Counted from the stretch's first letter, positions 39,590-54,088 are shown. The stretch is 64,000 nt of DNA from Tubiluchus corallicola (GCA_030141605.1 JAQGDQ010000185.1:124001-188000); one strand, 5' to 3'. Made by a program: numbers and translations. The notes: generated by a model not told the origin, from the sequence alone.

Positions 39590-40700
39590 TTAGCCCAGTT
39601 TATCAATGGTATGTACTTTAGCTACACTATGCGGTCACACTATTCTATGTTAATGCAAACTATACTTTCTACTGCATTCTTAGCTATACCACAACCTAAA
39701 CGCCTGTAGATTAGCGGAGGCGATCTTGTGTTTAGGAAACTTTTATGAAACTTTTTATTATTAAAGAGCTTTTTAATCAGCCGTTTATCGGTTCGATTCA
39801 CACTACTTTTATGTTTCCATAAATATACAGGCTTGTGTTCATAAAATTATAATTACATAATAAATAAATTCTTTAAATTAGGTATGAATTGTTCTAACGA
39901 CATGTCATATCACTCACAACTAATTTGTTGCAGGGGAAAACGTTAACGTCCTAGCCCAAGTTTGGATATGAAGAAGTCTTGCAACAAAATATTGATAACA
40001 GTAGTACATTTTACTTTCTGTGCTTGATACTGTATCCCACTTGATACAAAGTACTTGAAAATGACAAATAAAACACATAGATAAATTTCAGTTAATAAAT
40101 CTACCTGGTACGAAAATTTCGAAACTGCAGCAGAGAAATAAATAACGTATAGTTGAAACAATATACGCAGGATCGGGTAATGGGAAAAACCGAAACAAAA
40201 CAAACACGAGGAGATTATTGCGAGTTAAAATATGTGCAGTGAACGTTAAAGCTTAGCGCCAGGTTTAAATTAGACTGGCATGCAAAATAAATACGCAGTT
40301 AAATGCAATGGTTTCGTTTTTACTTTCGTCGATTTATCTACCGCAAGGAATGCTCAAATTCTCTTTTCAAAGGTTAAACTACTAACTAAGAAAATCATTT
40401 GTCTTTTACATCTGAAAGTAACGAGTTTAATATAGTCAGATAGTTTCGTTATTCAATATTAAAAAAATTGTCAGTGAAAATTGCCTTTTCCTTTTCAAGT
40501 TTTAAAGGTGACCGCTCTGCTTAACAATAATTGACCATTTTAATGTCAGCAACAAGAAAATAATTCAAAGAGGTATTCATCCGTCTTAGCTGAGCTTAAA
40601 CAGTTCATTAAATTGTATCGACCAGCAATCATGCAACCTATATATGGTTGTGTTATTTTGTAATATATTCACATTCGATGTAGTATAGTAGTAGTAGTCT

Positions 40701-40749
<49 letters not shown>

Positions 40750-42118
40750 ACAACAAGCAGCAACAGTAGCAACAACGACAACAACAACAACAACGACAGT
40801 CAGCAGGAGCAACAGCAACAGCGACAGTACAAGAAATAGTCAAGGATATTATCAAGACAGTGTCGTTTACCTGTAAGCAATCATTAAATTTAGGCGGATG
40901 AAAAGTCCCAGGATTCGAAAACCAAGAATGTTATGGTATCAAGCCACTTGGCCTAAAATTCTCATATCAGTCAGCACGCAATCAATGAGAGATTGCTAGT
41001 AGATGCTACAATTTACAGACAATTATAACCTGTAGAAATGACCTAGTCCACGCCAAGAATGGCCACAGTACAAAACTCAGATGCAGCTGTAATAGAAAGT
41101 CACCCAATGACAACAACTGTTTGGCATAACCGATTACAAGCTCACGGAATAGGAAACGACGAAGCTAATTTAGAGCAGAGGGTGGAAATTCCAAAAACAT
41201 GTTTGCTAAATTATCGCTTCTGACCATCACACATGCTGAAGTTTAGGGCCAGACAAAAATACTTTAGACCCTAGATCGTCCACGTTGAAAGCTATTGTCA
41301 GTAAAAACAGCGACAATAATTTATAGGCGACTGTGAAGAGTGCTCAAAATTACTGCCAGCAACACAGCATAACAGTTTTACAAAACAACCACAGCAATTT
41401 GCGAGTTTCCCAAATTAGGTGGCGACTAACGATATCATTAATTAATTATGACGGTGATTGCCAGAATTTTTATATACCATATGCGTAGCATTAATTAATG
41501 TTAATTTGTGCATATAAGTTTTTGTCATTCTAAATAAACTATTGTTAGTCGCCAGTTGCTAATTAATTTAAGATAATTTAATTAAGAGGAAAGCTTAATT
41601 AACACCAACGACAACGTAAAAGCTCACATCCTTTTACTGAAACATTTCAAGAGGACTTAGCCCATCGTTAGTCAACACAACTTCAAGGACTCTAAAGCTA
41701 AAGCTTCATACACAAATAGTTTGTTTAGTGTGAATTTTTGCTTTATATGTTTTGGAATTATGTTGTCAGGCAATGGGCGAAGTTTGCTCGAAACGCTTCA
41801 CGAAAAGGTTGTGGTTTTCTACTTTGTCAGGTGATGATTAACAATGATTCAGATTCCCAAGGTGTAATGTAATTTGATCAGTGATCACATGTAACAAACA
41901 GTGGTTCAATATACAGCTTAATAACTGATGATAAGTCAGTATTAAGTTGGGCTTATACACGTTAGTGAAGAAAGAATTTGAAATTTCAGCTTTATCATGA
42001 GAACTATAACTCATAGTGCATCATCTTTTAAAGGCTGTATTGAACTTTGTGGCTTGCAGAACTTTGTTACATACTGCCATAATATTTTGAGATTTGTTAA
42101 AATGAAAAATAAAGAACA

Positions 42119-42370
<252 letters not shown>

Positions 42371-43319
42371 TAAATAAACCAAGCAGTCTAAAATTGCGAA
42401 AAGATCAAGTGGTAGTCAAACGTAACCTTTCAGCTATTTTTTCGAATGCAGTTTACAAAATTACAGGTGTTCCCGAGGTGTAACGAAAAACCGAAGCGCC
42501 AAGCTAATCTTTAAAAGTAGTTGTTCGATTTAATTATCATTATTATCATAAAGCATTGAAAGGAATGCCAACTGGACTTTCCAAGAAAACCATTTGGCCA
42601 ACAATGCTATATTAAAATAAATTGGAATTTTTTTAGGAAGCTAACATCATTTTTAAATTTCCTGATTTGTAAATAACAAAACAGGGCCTAGCATTAGTAA
42701 CGTTATATGAGCTTGTTTTCCCGAACAGTAACTTTTGTTTAAAATGGATGACAGAATGTCGTAAATTTATGATAGTTAAAGAAATTACGTACCCTATTAT
42801 ATAAATAATATGCTATTAATTCTTTCAGGCAGTCTACACAAAGCCACTGTGTACTGAAGCATTCCGCACCGTAACACTCAAACATGTGAACAACTGGTTT
42901 ACAGCTGGTTAAAGTTCTGATTAAAGTCAATCCACAAACAATCGGATCATTCTTGCCTCAAAAAATTCCTTAGGAGTATCAATTCAAAACTTAGTTCTGC
43001 CTCCGCAATAAACCTTCCGCGACTGATGCTTGGCAGATTCAGAGTGCACCAGCATCAGCAATAGCATCACACGCAGCCGCCCAATGGCTTCTTGTTGGTT
43101 ACAATTCTGACCGCGTACGTGAGGCTGAGTGAAAGGTGTTCATTGATTAGCTACCGGCTGAGACAATTATTGAAAACAGAGATGTCGATGCTGCACGTGT
43201 TTAGCAGCAGAAAAGGCAATTACAGACGTGAGTGAGAGTGGGGATGGGGATGCTGTGATTTAATTACTGAAATTATATAACGATTCAACGCAAATCTTGT
43301 TACGTTTTTATGCTCAATG

Positions 43320-43533
43320 ATATGGAGGTCCCGTAAGACCGCGTTGAGAAAAATTACTAATTCGTGGTCACGAATTAGTATTTCGTGCGCCCTGATTAAT
43401 AATTCGCGGCGGCATTGAATTTGCATTGCGTGCTCACACATCATTATTATTGTCATTTATTCAATAATACATACATATATCATTCGTGGCCACGAATTAG
43501 TATGTCGTGCGCTCGTATTAGTAATTCGTAGCC
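43320..43533. mobile_element. MITE-like fragment with palindromic units of about 21 bp (TAATTCGTGGCCACGAATTA)
   Basis: actaattcgtggtcacgaattagt, attcgtggccacgaattagt and degenerate copies; organisation resembles the 26213-26854 element. Confidence 0.55.
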
Positions 43534-45394
43534 AAAGTGTAAGTTTTCTCAACGTTGCCCTTCGGGAGTTCCAGAGCATGACAACTGGCCGCATGACGAC
43601 TGACAAGATCACTGCTTAACAGTCTGTAGCATTTTGCCGCTGATACCAGCTTTAGATCTCTGCAACAATTTGACGCCGTCGTGGTGATTTTAGCGCGCCA
43701 TAGTTTACAAATTACGCGAAGTAAAATAATCGCAAATTTATCCCTCGTTTTCATCGCGCAGACTGATTGACATCAACGTAAATTGTTTTCTTAAAGTGTC
43801 TGCAATTCGACATAATTATTTTCTTTTTTGTTAACACTTTTCAGCCTTCCGAGTTCTTGGTGGCATGGCATGTGGTCTGAAACGTACACTTTTACGCCCT
43901 ATCTCAGGTAAAGTTTTTGGGTAATTTTATTATGAATTGCATTACGAACAAAACAGTAATCAAAACAAAATAAAGACCACACGAATCAGCATAAAAATAG
44001 CAAGAAAGGCAGAAAAATAAAAATAAAGGAGAACGGTGCAAAAAATTTTGATTACAGACTCGTATTAATGGGGGTTGAGATCTATATTGTCTTGCTAGTC
44101 GAGTCTCAGTTGGCATGTTAAGCAATTCTATCGCTATTTCTGTGAAAGATGCTCCAAGGACACGGTTTGACAATTCCTAGATATTAAAGAGGACGCTCAC
44201 GGAAAGAAGGTTTACTAAGTCTCATATTTCTATCTAGAATATTCCTAGATGCAGGACCTGTATATTTATGTATATTCCTGTATATAAATCTCCTTTTTCA
44301 GTGGACCTCTAATTTATGAAATTCATTTCCAGAAAATTATTCCCCTGCTGTTTACAATCTCGCCATATTCAAGAAGATCGACAGACTATCTCTTCTAACT
44401 AACAAAATGAGTAACAACTTCTCTCCAGTAGTTATTTCTAAACGCCATTAAAAAGGACGTGATGAGAGCCAGCAGACGAAAGAAAATGCAGAAGAAAAGA
44501 ACCAGGAAAAAAGAATCGAAAGAAAGTGAAAGGAAGGAAAGAGGGAATGTTGAAGATTTTTAATGAATATAGAGGTTTTAATAGCTGACGAATAAAGAAG
44601 ATTCCGGAAATGATAACAGCCATAAAGCAGATGTTGATGATGATAATGATGATGATGACGATAAACATAATGTTGACAATGATACGAGTGCTTCACTAAC
44701 AGTGTTTGTGACGATAAAGGCAATAAAAGATAATATTTTAAGTCGGAAGAGAAAAAAATTGTGAAGGAAGAAGGATAACGACAAGAAAAAGAGAACAAAT
44801 ATCGGACAGCGAGAGCGAACTGCATCAAAGAAATCAAGAAGCAACGGCATAACTTAAGAGAGAGACGCGATTAGAGCTGGGATTGCGCGTTTCAGTTAAT
44901 TTCTTGGAGCACTGGATAAAATTTATTGCGGATTAATGTTTGAAATATCTCTATCAGCTTACAAGCTAATCCTATCAGATGCGTGCAACGCATAATGAAT
45001 TGCGCAATGTCTCCTGCATAAAATGAAGGAATACTGCAAGTGAGATAAAGATTCAAAATTCCAAACTAATGAAAAATGAGAATTAATCATTTTGAAAATC
45101 TTGATCAATTCTTAAATCTTAAATAAGTTACACAGTCAGCATGCAGGTTATTAAGAAGTTTTTCGTCAGATGATAAAAATGATAATGACAATGACAACAA
45201 TAATAATGTTGGTAACGGTGGTGCTAATAATGATGATGATGATGATGATGACGGCAAAGATGACGAGGAGGAGGATGACAATGGTGACGATCACGGCGAT
45301 GATGGCAGATAATTCCGACGATAAAAGGTAAGTAACGGTCATAGTAATTGTATTGGAATGAAAACAAAAGCTCTTCGTCTTCCTCTTTCAGTCT

Positions 45395-45408
45395 GCGCCA
45401 TCTGGTGG
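45395..45408 (-). promoter_or_regulatory. CTCF-like motif CCACCAGATGGCGC
   Basis: The + strand reads gcgccatctggtgg, a close match to the bilaterian CTCF core. Binding is unproven. Confidence 0.4.
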
Positions 45409-46220
45409 CTGATACAAAAAAATAATAAGTTAAAACTGCAACATTCTTGTGACCTGGAACTGTCTTAAGATTTGTCTGATTATTAGCAACAGATGGGAAA
45501 AGTGTTTGGAACGCACGTCATTTTCAGTTTTTTTATTTCTCAGATCGCCTGAGAGCGAGTTTTAGTTACTTCTGCATCTTATACAGTGGGTCTGTTTACT
45601 ATCCATCGCTAAAAAAGATATTGTCACTAGTATTATTATGACACAAAATAATTCGTACTTTCAAAAGGTAATCCCGCTTATTTAAAGGTGAGTCTTACCC
45701 CTGGAGGTGGGCTGCTTCTTCGTGTCACTGGAAATTTTCCCGTGTTGCAAATCTTCTACTTCTTATACATGTAATACATGTTATACGACTACCACATAAC
45801 AGCCTTTTCAAATTAGCTTTCCAAAAAGCACTGCAGAAAGAAAAGAAACCACAAGGAGGACAGCTCCTGACTTACATTAATTTCATATAAAAATATCTTA
45901 TCAAAGCACCATTAAATATTAAAAATGCAGAGACAAGGGCGGTTACATGTGACAGGGCAGCGTGGTCTAAAGTGATGGTAATAATCATGTCAGATGACGT
46001 GTGACTCCAAAAAGGAAATGAAATTTTTATAATTGGGATTACTTCCTGCTTTTGTTAAAATACTGCTGCTACTCAATTACTGCGGGTAGCTTCTTTGGGC
46101 TGTTGGAAAATTAATGTTCGAATTTATTACTTATCACTCTGGGGAGGTAGTTTACAACAAACCTACATATGCCAGTGTCTCAAGTAAATTGTTGTACAAA
46201 TAACAACAGGTAATAAAACT

Positions 46221-46496
46221 CTTCTTGAAAATGTAAATTATTGCTCACTGGTTTCGAACAATACGGTTCATTATCAATGCATCTAAAATAAAGAAATTTA
46301 CTAAAATTTAGAAACAACTTCGAAGTACAATTCAGTAGCTAGAAGCCAAACCAAATACGGTACAATATTTGGCTTTTATCTACTGAATTGTATTTCGAGG
46401 TTATTTCTAAATTCTGCTAAATTCTTTATTTTAGATGCCATGACAACGAACAGCATTGTTCGAAACCGGTCGACAATAAATTCCATTTTCAAGAAG
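46221..46496. mobile_element. Imperfect palindrome of about 275 bp; inverted Penelope-like/retrozyme termini with degenerate minimal hammerhead motifs
   Basis: The arms pair over about 130 bp. The right arm carries ATGACAA-CGAACA-gcat-TGTTC-GAAA-CCGG-TC-gacAATAAA. The left arm (- strand) carries TTGATAA-TGAAC-cgtatt-GTTC-GAAA-CCAG-TG-agcAATAA. Confidence 0.6.
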
Positions 46497-47610
46497 TTAC
46501 AATTATTTGCCAAATACGAATAATGGTATTAAAAATATTAGGACATCCTGAAGTTTCATATTAAAACGTTTACATCTATTTCGATGTTGACACTTTAAGT
46601 ATAAAATCGTTACGTCGCCTCACCCTTTCTGATAACCGATTTTTCCTAACTGCCACAAGGACTATTATCGCCGAATGAGTTGATTCCTGGAATATAGATT
46701 TTTAATAAATCACAGCAATAATTTCAATCATTCAGACTGGAAGGTCGATAAGTGCACTTAAACGGAGTTGTCACGTTATATTAAAGAATGAAAGGATTAT
46801 TCGTGGGAGACAGTGTTAAAGCTTTTGTAGATAACCGCGTTACTATGATACATATATTGTGAGAAAGTAGTGAAGAACTTATGGGGAGTCAAATTCAAGA
46901 TGTGTTGCACTAAACTTACATACAGTTCGGCTCATTCCTTGAAATGTGTTCTGTTTTGTCAGGTCTAAGTACTAAGCTGTGTATTTAACAATCATATAAA
47001 AGCCGCTTATGAGGTATTTAGTGTCACCTTCGACCTTCAATCATTTGCAAAAATTTGTAGTTTTGTGTTTATGAAAATTACTTACCAGCAACGTGTTTCC
47101 CTCGTTTTATATAAAAAAATTTTGTGTGTTTAATTAAAAATAATATCATCAAACAACAATCAATGAACAAAAAGTATTAGTTTAAATTAATTTAATTAAA
47201 TTAATTCATTTTAACTTCGAATATATTTACCCATTGGAATATATACTTAATAACCTTTTTTTTACATATTTAGCTTACTAATTCTCTGTTCTTTGTGTAA
47301 ATACTCATTTTATTTGTCTTGTAGAAATATTTTTTCATTGTGAATTTTAACTATGCTTTGTTTAAAATAGTACTTTTTACTTATTAAATAAATGATAAAT
47401 GAATAGATGAATAGAATGTAATAGTTATAAGTACGAAAACCTGGCTTTATATCTGCATTATTGTTACAGGTGGTTTTTTCTGCAAATGTTTTGCACATTT
47501 CTATTTTTAATCAAGAAATGCCGTTGCAAATTTTGTTACACAATTTGTACATGGCACTGTAATCTAATGCTATTTCATTATTTTAGTATCTACAAAAAAC
47601 TGACACTTAC

Positions 47611-47900
47611 CGTTTGTGCAAACACTATATTGCTGTACATTATCTACCCTGGAATCTGACGAAACAAGTGAGAATGGCTCGTACAGTCATTTACTGCATT
47701 GTTTTCCCGACAGATGGCTTTCCGTCTTAAAACCCAACCACAATGAGGTCAATCTCTCAACAAATTTGAAGATGTCTGTCATCAAACTACAGTGATTTTA
47801 AAGCAGCAAGGCGTGTGGTAGCTGTAAACTCACGACACTCGCTTTAAACATAACACTTTTGTCTCTCAGACGAGAATGTTTTCCCGTCAGCTGCTGCTTG
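47611..47900 (-). other. Candidate first/5' exon of the CUB-LDLa gene (5' boundary approximate)
   Basis: Strong - strand donor ACG|gtaagtg at 47611/47610, a GC-richer UTR-like segment with short uORFs, and a GAGAG run just upstream (about 47936-47946). Orientation fits the CUB gene and is divergent from the GNAT gene. Confidence 0.3.
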
Positions 47901-50095
47901 TGGCAATTTTTAGAAAAGCAAAGCGTGTAATTAACGAGAGAGAGAGCTGGCTGACGAGAAGCAAGTAAAGGGTTGAATTACGTCTGTTCTTGTGTAATTG
48001 CGATGATAAGGTCAGCCCTGGAACAGACAAAAAGTTCTGAAGCTTTGTCGTGAGCGCAATAATTTTTGTAGGCATTTCACTGATAGCAATTATATGCAAA
48101 CTTCGTTTTTTTAATTAACGTTTTCATAGTTTCGTTGTGTGTACGCGTACCACAGCATCAGCATCTTAACGCAACTAACAAACCGTCACATGACATGTGG
48201 GTAAAGCAAAGCCGTTTGCCGCATCAGTTCATCAACTTCAGTTGTTTTACGTGGGCTTTACATAATTATTTATTAGTCTGAGCGTAGAATGATTTACTAG
48301 TAGTATCTTGCATGGGAACAAGAAAATTGAACTAGGTGAGGTTCTAACTAGCTGTTAACTGTTATTATTACAATAGTATGGACTGCGAGGCGTTGTCAAG
48401 TGTACACAAATGCATTGTCTAGTACAGTTAGCCTTTGACCTTTTCACGACCATCATAAATCGTTGAAGTGTGAAAAGACTTATTAGTTGTACCGTTTTCA
48501 AGTCACACTGCCGTCTAATGATCGAAAAAATAAGCTTTATGTACAACTGGTTCTTTGTGATACAAACTTCAGTAAAGCTTTTAACGAAACTAACATCTTT
48601 TCGTGCACAATAATTGGCACAATTTTTTTTGCAGAAACATGTCTATCTTGCTTTATCATTTAGGTGGATATGTGTATATTTGTATTATTAAGATTCTGCA
48701 TATTGCAGAATCTTATTGGAAATCAACCGCTTCTTTCCTTCTTGTTTATCCAATAATGAATAACTCCAAAACGATGGTACCTAGAGTCACCAAACTTCTT
48801 TGCGTAGTCAGCGGAGGATGGGGGACAGGCAGTTGTGTGGTGGCCGGTGACCTTGAGCCAAAGTGTCAAGGACACTGAACAGCGAACAGCTTTTCGATTA
48901 ATACTAAACTCCTAGGGCTTTGAGTTTAATTCAATTTTTTACAGGAACTTAGGTACTATGAGGTAATGGTGCACCTGAGGCTTTGAAAATCTGGGATTGT
49001 TTAAGGGCGCGAGATGGCAGCTAAAATGTGAAAATTAGGGCAAACGGCTTTGTCAATCAACTCCTCTTACATTATTGGACTAGGAGTCAATGTTAATGTA
49101 TGTGTGGGTAGGCGGGTGAGTGTAGATGTGCATTAAGTATTTTTCGAAAGGTGGTCGTGACCTGGTCAAGGCTGAAAAACAAACTTAAAGATGTACTGTA
49201 CAATATTCTAAATGATACAAAGTTTTAAAACAACCCAGCGTCCGTGATAGAAATCAGGTGTCGCACAAGCGAAGGGGAGAATCTAGAGTCGATCTAGACA
49301 TTAGATGCAGTCATCAGCGATCGACGTACAGGAAAGTTGAGCCAACAAGTAGAGCAGGCTTTCTATTGGTGTTCTAACTGCAACTTTCTAAACTACTTGC
49401 ACTAAAGTTATCTGTTCTATGTAACCATTCAAACGTGTTGAAAATACGGCAGTCAGTATGTCATAAAATGTGATTTGCCATTCTGTCACCATTGGAAAAC
49501 AACATTGTCAAGCTGCCCAAGTGATAACTCCGGAAGAATAACTGTACAATAGCTGCCCTTAGTTGACTTAATACAAACACAGTTTTAAGAAAACCAAACA
49601 AGCATGAATCTAGCGCGTAACAATGTGTTTGGAGTTTTATTATTATCACATTCAGTACAATATAGTGACATTGAATGCACAGTGACATCAAAATTGTTAC
49701 TTCGTACTGTAATAAATTATTATGTTTCATACACTATCGTTATCATAAAAGAATAATTGTAGTACAGTGGACTAGAGAAGCAAAGACTTGTAAAAGCCAA
49801 CTGTCACGTGAACCAGATAAAAAAAGGAATTGATAAGTGAACAAAAAAAGAACAGGGAGAAACGTTAGATCACACAGGACCGGAAAAAACCTGAAGGCAC
49901 TGTGAGCAAAAGTATGGACATTTTAGGTTGGCTTTCACTAACAGGCTTTGTGTATAACACAATAGAATGTTTACATATGGTGCATTTTATAAATATAATA
50001 ATAGTAATAGTAATAATAAAATATAAGGATGAAGTTGACCTTAACGTAAGTTGAATTTACAATTTACTAAAAGGGGTAATCGATATAACAACAAC

Positions 50096-50383
<288 letters not shown>

Positions 50384-51001
50384 TTAAAAAGTTTGAATAT
50401 ACAAGCTATACTTCTCCCTTAAAAAAATTACAACCTTGGAAGGATAATTCTACTTATAGTAAAGTAAATGTAATTGCAACATAGACCAAAAGGCTTAAGT
50501 CTACTGACATAAATGTGCTAAACAGCAGACAGATGAGCAATACAAGCTCATACAACCATACACATCACACGACAAAAACAAATAATTCAGTTCAAGGTGT
50601 TTTATTGACTTATCATTAACGCGAAACATACAGGTGCACTTTTGAAAATGAAATCTTCTGTATCTGTTTTGTGGTATGTATTAAAATCTGTGACTGTATT
50701 GAAAACAAGAAACAAGCTAATTCACACTCTAGTCATATCAAAAATGTTTGGATGGTAGCTTAGTGTCTAAAAGTACATGTACGTTACAAAACAAAATTAT
50801 AAAGGGTTCCACAAAAATCTTTTGCAGGTAATAAGACTGGCTGGATGTGTGTGCACATGAAATGATCATGCTACTGTTTGTACTTTCAACTTTGACACCT
50901 TGAATAATAATGTTTGTTTAGCGTCTGCTAGGGTCTACAACATTAAACTGTGCATTTTATGGTTACAGAGCAAAGCCCCAACTATTTTTCTCGACGCAAT
51001 C

Positions 51002-51045
51002 ATGAATAAAAAAGATATATTTTGCGATCCTCTTTATACAGTCAG
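51002..51045 (+). CDS. GNAT (NAT16/histidine N-acetyltransferase-like), coding exon 1
   Basis: ATG..MNKKDIFCDPLYTV-AG|gtatgt, phase 2. Joins the next exon to give YTVRKATLADKEAV, a typical GNAT beta1-alpha1 start. The start codon is the least certain part. Confidence 0.7.
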
Positions 51046-51736
51046 GTATGTCTTGTTAATCAAAATAGCATATTAATAAATAAAGTTTAAATAAAAACAT
51101 TTGTTGCATGACTTTTCACTATCTTGCAATAAGCAACCTCTGAATCCTCATACAGGTCAATTAACGCTTAAAAACTATCTCAAACTTTATTCATTTTCTG
51201 GAACAGGCGAATCTGTAGGTGTGATGGAAAGATCTGTAATAACCTGTCTTAACCTACAATTTCTAAACGGTGATTAACGCCGATGCAAACGTATGACAAT
51301 TTTGATATCCCACTGTGTTGAGCTGAAGAGAGCGCAGACGTAGGTAAAACTTGTATAAAAATAAGATCTCACATTCTACAAAAGAAAGTGGGTCTGCAAA
51401 TTTTGATCTCTATAGTTAAGTGTTAGCATATGTACATGTTTTCTATACCAGACGAAACAGGTAGGCTTCTACATTCAGTTAATGATGAAAAAACTGCCAA
51501 AAATGATTTGTAATTATTATAACTAAGCAGACTTTTATCAACTAGTACACAAAAAAATTCACAAACATTTTTAAATATGTGAGAAACTATCACTTTACAT
51601 AATCAGTTTATTACATATTAACAAGGTTATTGTGAAAATATTTAAATTACATTATTATTTCTAATATTTTGATTTGGTGTTCGAATGTACGCATGTACTT
51701 CCCATAAATTTATAAATCTGTTTCAAATTGTGCCAG

Positions 51737-51884
51737 GAAAGCAACATTGGCTGATAAAGAAGCAGTGATGAATATGAATGTGACAGTTTATGGGGAAAGG
51801 TTTGACTATCTCCAAGCATTGTATGACCATTACCTCCACTGCTGGAATAATGATGCTGTTATCTGCGAGTTTGCAGGCAAAGTT
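51737..51884 (+). CDS. GNAT (NAT16/histidine N-acetyltransferase-like), coding exon 2
   Basis: tgtgccag|G AAA GCA..KATLADKEAVMNMNVTVYGERFDYLQALYDHYLHCWNNDAVICEFAGKV|gtaagt. The VYxGxDYLxxxYxxxL motif is characteristic of the NAT16/HISAT family. Absent from the ORF track. Confidence 0.85.
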
Positions 51885-52637
51885 GTAAGTACATGTTTTT
51901 GAGCCTAGCCTATTTTCGGGCAATTTTGGAACATATAGGTAACACAACAACACATGCAACCTTCTAAATCACCCTAAACTTTCCATACACATATAACTTG
52001 GATATAGCTCAAGATTGATGCCATAAATTTGATAAGTTCTCAAAGTCATAAATGTTATGTATAAGCGATATATGCATTGAGGTTTTATGTCCTTAGGTAG
52101 CCAGTAGCCGCATTACTTTTATGAAATTGTTTGTTTTAGTAAGGTAAAGTCTCATATAGCACTCAAAAAATGTGTACGTATAAAAGATTTTGTTTCGTCC
52201 TGTATGTGCTTTTCTTGAGACATCTGTGAAAATTAGTGTTGTTTGTTAAGTATGATAGTACTGAAAATAACACAGACAAATCGCAAGTACAATTTACATT
52301 GTTCTTGCATTCTCAGAAAGAACAAAAAAGCGATCATGTCAAACATGCTTCTTTAGAAGGATTGCCCATTTACCCAAAACGATGGCAGGGGAGTAGTTGT
52401 TACACTTTCCAAAACCAATCACTATACTATGTTATATATAAATATAAATATATACTATGATTACTATAAATATACATATATTTATATATATATTACTCTA
52501 TATAAGCAATATACAGAATACGTATGATGTTATAGCTGCAATTTTCGCTCACATAACTGGGGGACCCGAGCTTCATCAGATATGTCAGGTGTATGCACAT
52601 CGTTTTCTACAAATCTAAGTTTTTTTCTTCTTCACAG

Positions 52638-52877
52638 ATTGGTTTCTCGTTTTACACCCTAATTGATGGTGGAAAGACTGTTGTTTCTCGAGCAGGCCGT
52701 GTTGACATTGACCATCAAGGAAAAGGTGTTTATGACCTATTGCTACTGCACTATCTTGAGCATCTCTTTAATGTAAAACGAAATTTTCAAATAAAAACCC
52801 ATGCGAGTACTGCATTGGTGGATAGAGGACCCAGCTACTTAGCTCAAAAGTACAAAAAACACATTTTCTGTAAAATG
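52638..52877 (+). CDS. GNAT (NAT16/histidine N-acetyltransferase-like), coding exon 3 with acetyl-CoA binding motif A
   Basis: ttcttcttcacag|IGFSFYTLIDGGKTVVSRAGRVDIDHQGKGVYDLL...FCKM|gtaagc; 240 nt, phase 0/0; IDxGxT..RV...QGKG motif. Confidence 0.88.
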
Positions 52878-52958
52878 GTAAGCAGCCTACTTTTACTTTC
52901 TTCTTCATACACTATAGTACATTGTACTGGAGTCTGGCACTAGTGGTTAGCATGCAAG

Positions 52959-53332
52959 TAGGGCTATATCATCCTATAGGCTAATATGGGCTGCAGCCAA
53001 AGGCCCCTCATGCATAATGTGCATTGCTGAATCATTCATATAAATAAACTTTTAACTTTAAAAAAGGAAGCCAGGAAGTCTGAAAATTCAATTTTAAAGT
53101 GGCTCCTCATTTGAGATAATAGATCCCTGTTTGAGACCCTTTATTTGAGACAAGATACCTCTTTGAAACCTTTATTTGAAATATGGGGCCCCCAACTATG
53201 CAAATGGTGTTGAAATACATCACAAGTAAAAGACATTCAGGCGAGTGCGAGCGAATTAGAGGATAGCTCCGTCTGAGGGAGCCCCATAATTTCGTTAGCC
53301 TAGGAGCTCCAAAAGGTCTTAATCCGGCCCTG
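52959..53332. mobile_element. Non-autonomous hAT-like element in GNAT intron 3
   Basis: Right end aatccggccctg (CAGGGCCGGATT-type TIR); degenerate left end tagggctatatcatcctataggct; internal gggcccc motifs. Confidence 0.45.
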
Positions 53333-53351
53333 CATGGCCTTATTATAAATA

Positions 53352-53610
53352 AATTCCACAAAATGAGAGGCAATGGTGAATCGGTTGTACGTTGTTGGTG
53401 GCTATCCCGAGAAAGTGACCAATCCCCAAGAGGAAACATTGGCCTTAATTCCACAAAATGAGAGGCAATGGTGAATCGGTTGTACGCTGTTGGTGGCTAT
53501 CCCGAGAAAGTGACCAATCTCCAAAAGGAAACATTGAAATAACTGAAGTGTCTTAATACCGTCAATGAATGATGCTGCCCTATGCTGTGCAGCTGATGAA
53601 ACCTTCCAGG
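53352..53610 (+). mobile_element. Probable Deu/Nin-domain SINE fragment with a 95-bp tandem duplication
   Basis: Two near-identical copies of ttccacaaaatgagaggcaatggtgaatcggttgtacgYtgttggtggctatcccgagaaagtgaccaatcYccaaRaggaaacattg, followed by actgaagt..gctgccctatgctgtg. Block order resembles the Deu core as I recall it. Confidence 0.45.
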
Positions 53611-54088
53611 TTTTCTTTTTGACCCCTCGTCCACCTGCTGACATGTGTAACTCCTTTTTCAAAGTGCACATTGTGGACACTATATCCATATTGATACAAT
53701 ATATTCTTGATACTCTCTGTTTGGTACATTACTCAGAATTTTTGTAAAACATGTTGTTGAGTGAGAAAAAATAGTCAGAAACACGAAAATTTCAGCCATG
53801 TATGCGATATAATTTATCAAAAAGTCCATATGTTGAGTCATTCAATAAAATAGATAAAGTGCACTAACAACCATAGTGTAGCAATTTAGACAAACGTGTG
53901 AATTTTTACATTGAGCAAGCGTAATTTTAAAGCACTAACAGCCTTTGAAATGCCAAGCTTGCACAGAATTCATGGACTTATAATTATGCATTTTAAAATT
54001 CACTATTTGTTGTTATAAAAGTACTATTTACAGCTAAATTAGTTAGCTGTTGGGGCATAGTTATTTGTTTTCGTTTACCTTGTTGCAG

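Noticed and set aside
53107-53747. ORFs of 60-115 aa in GNAT intron 3
   Set aside because: They overlap hAT-like and SINE-like repeats, have no protein motif, and are not needed for the in-frame gene model.
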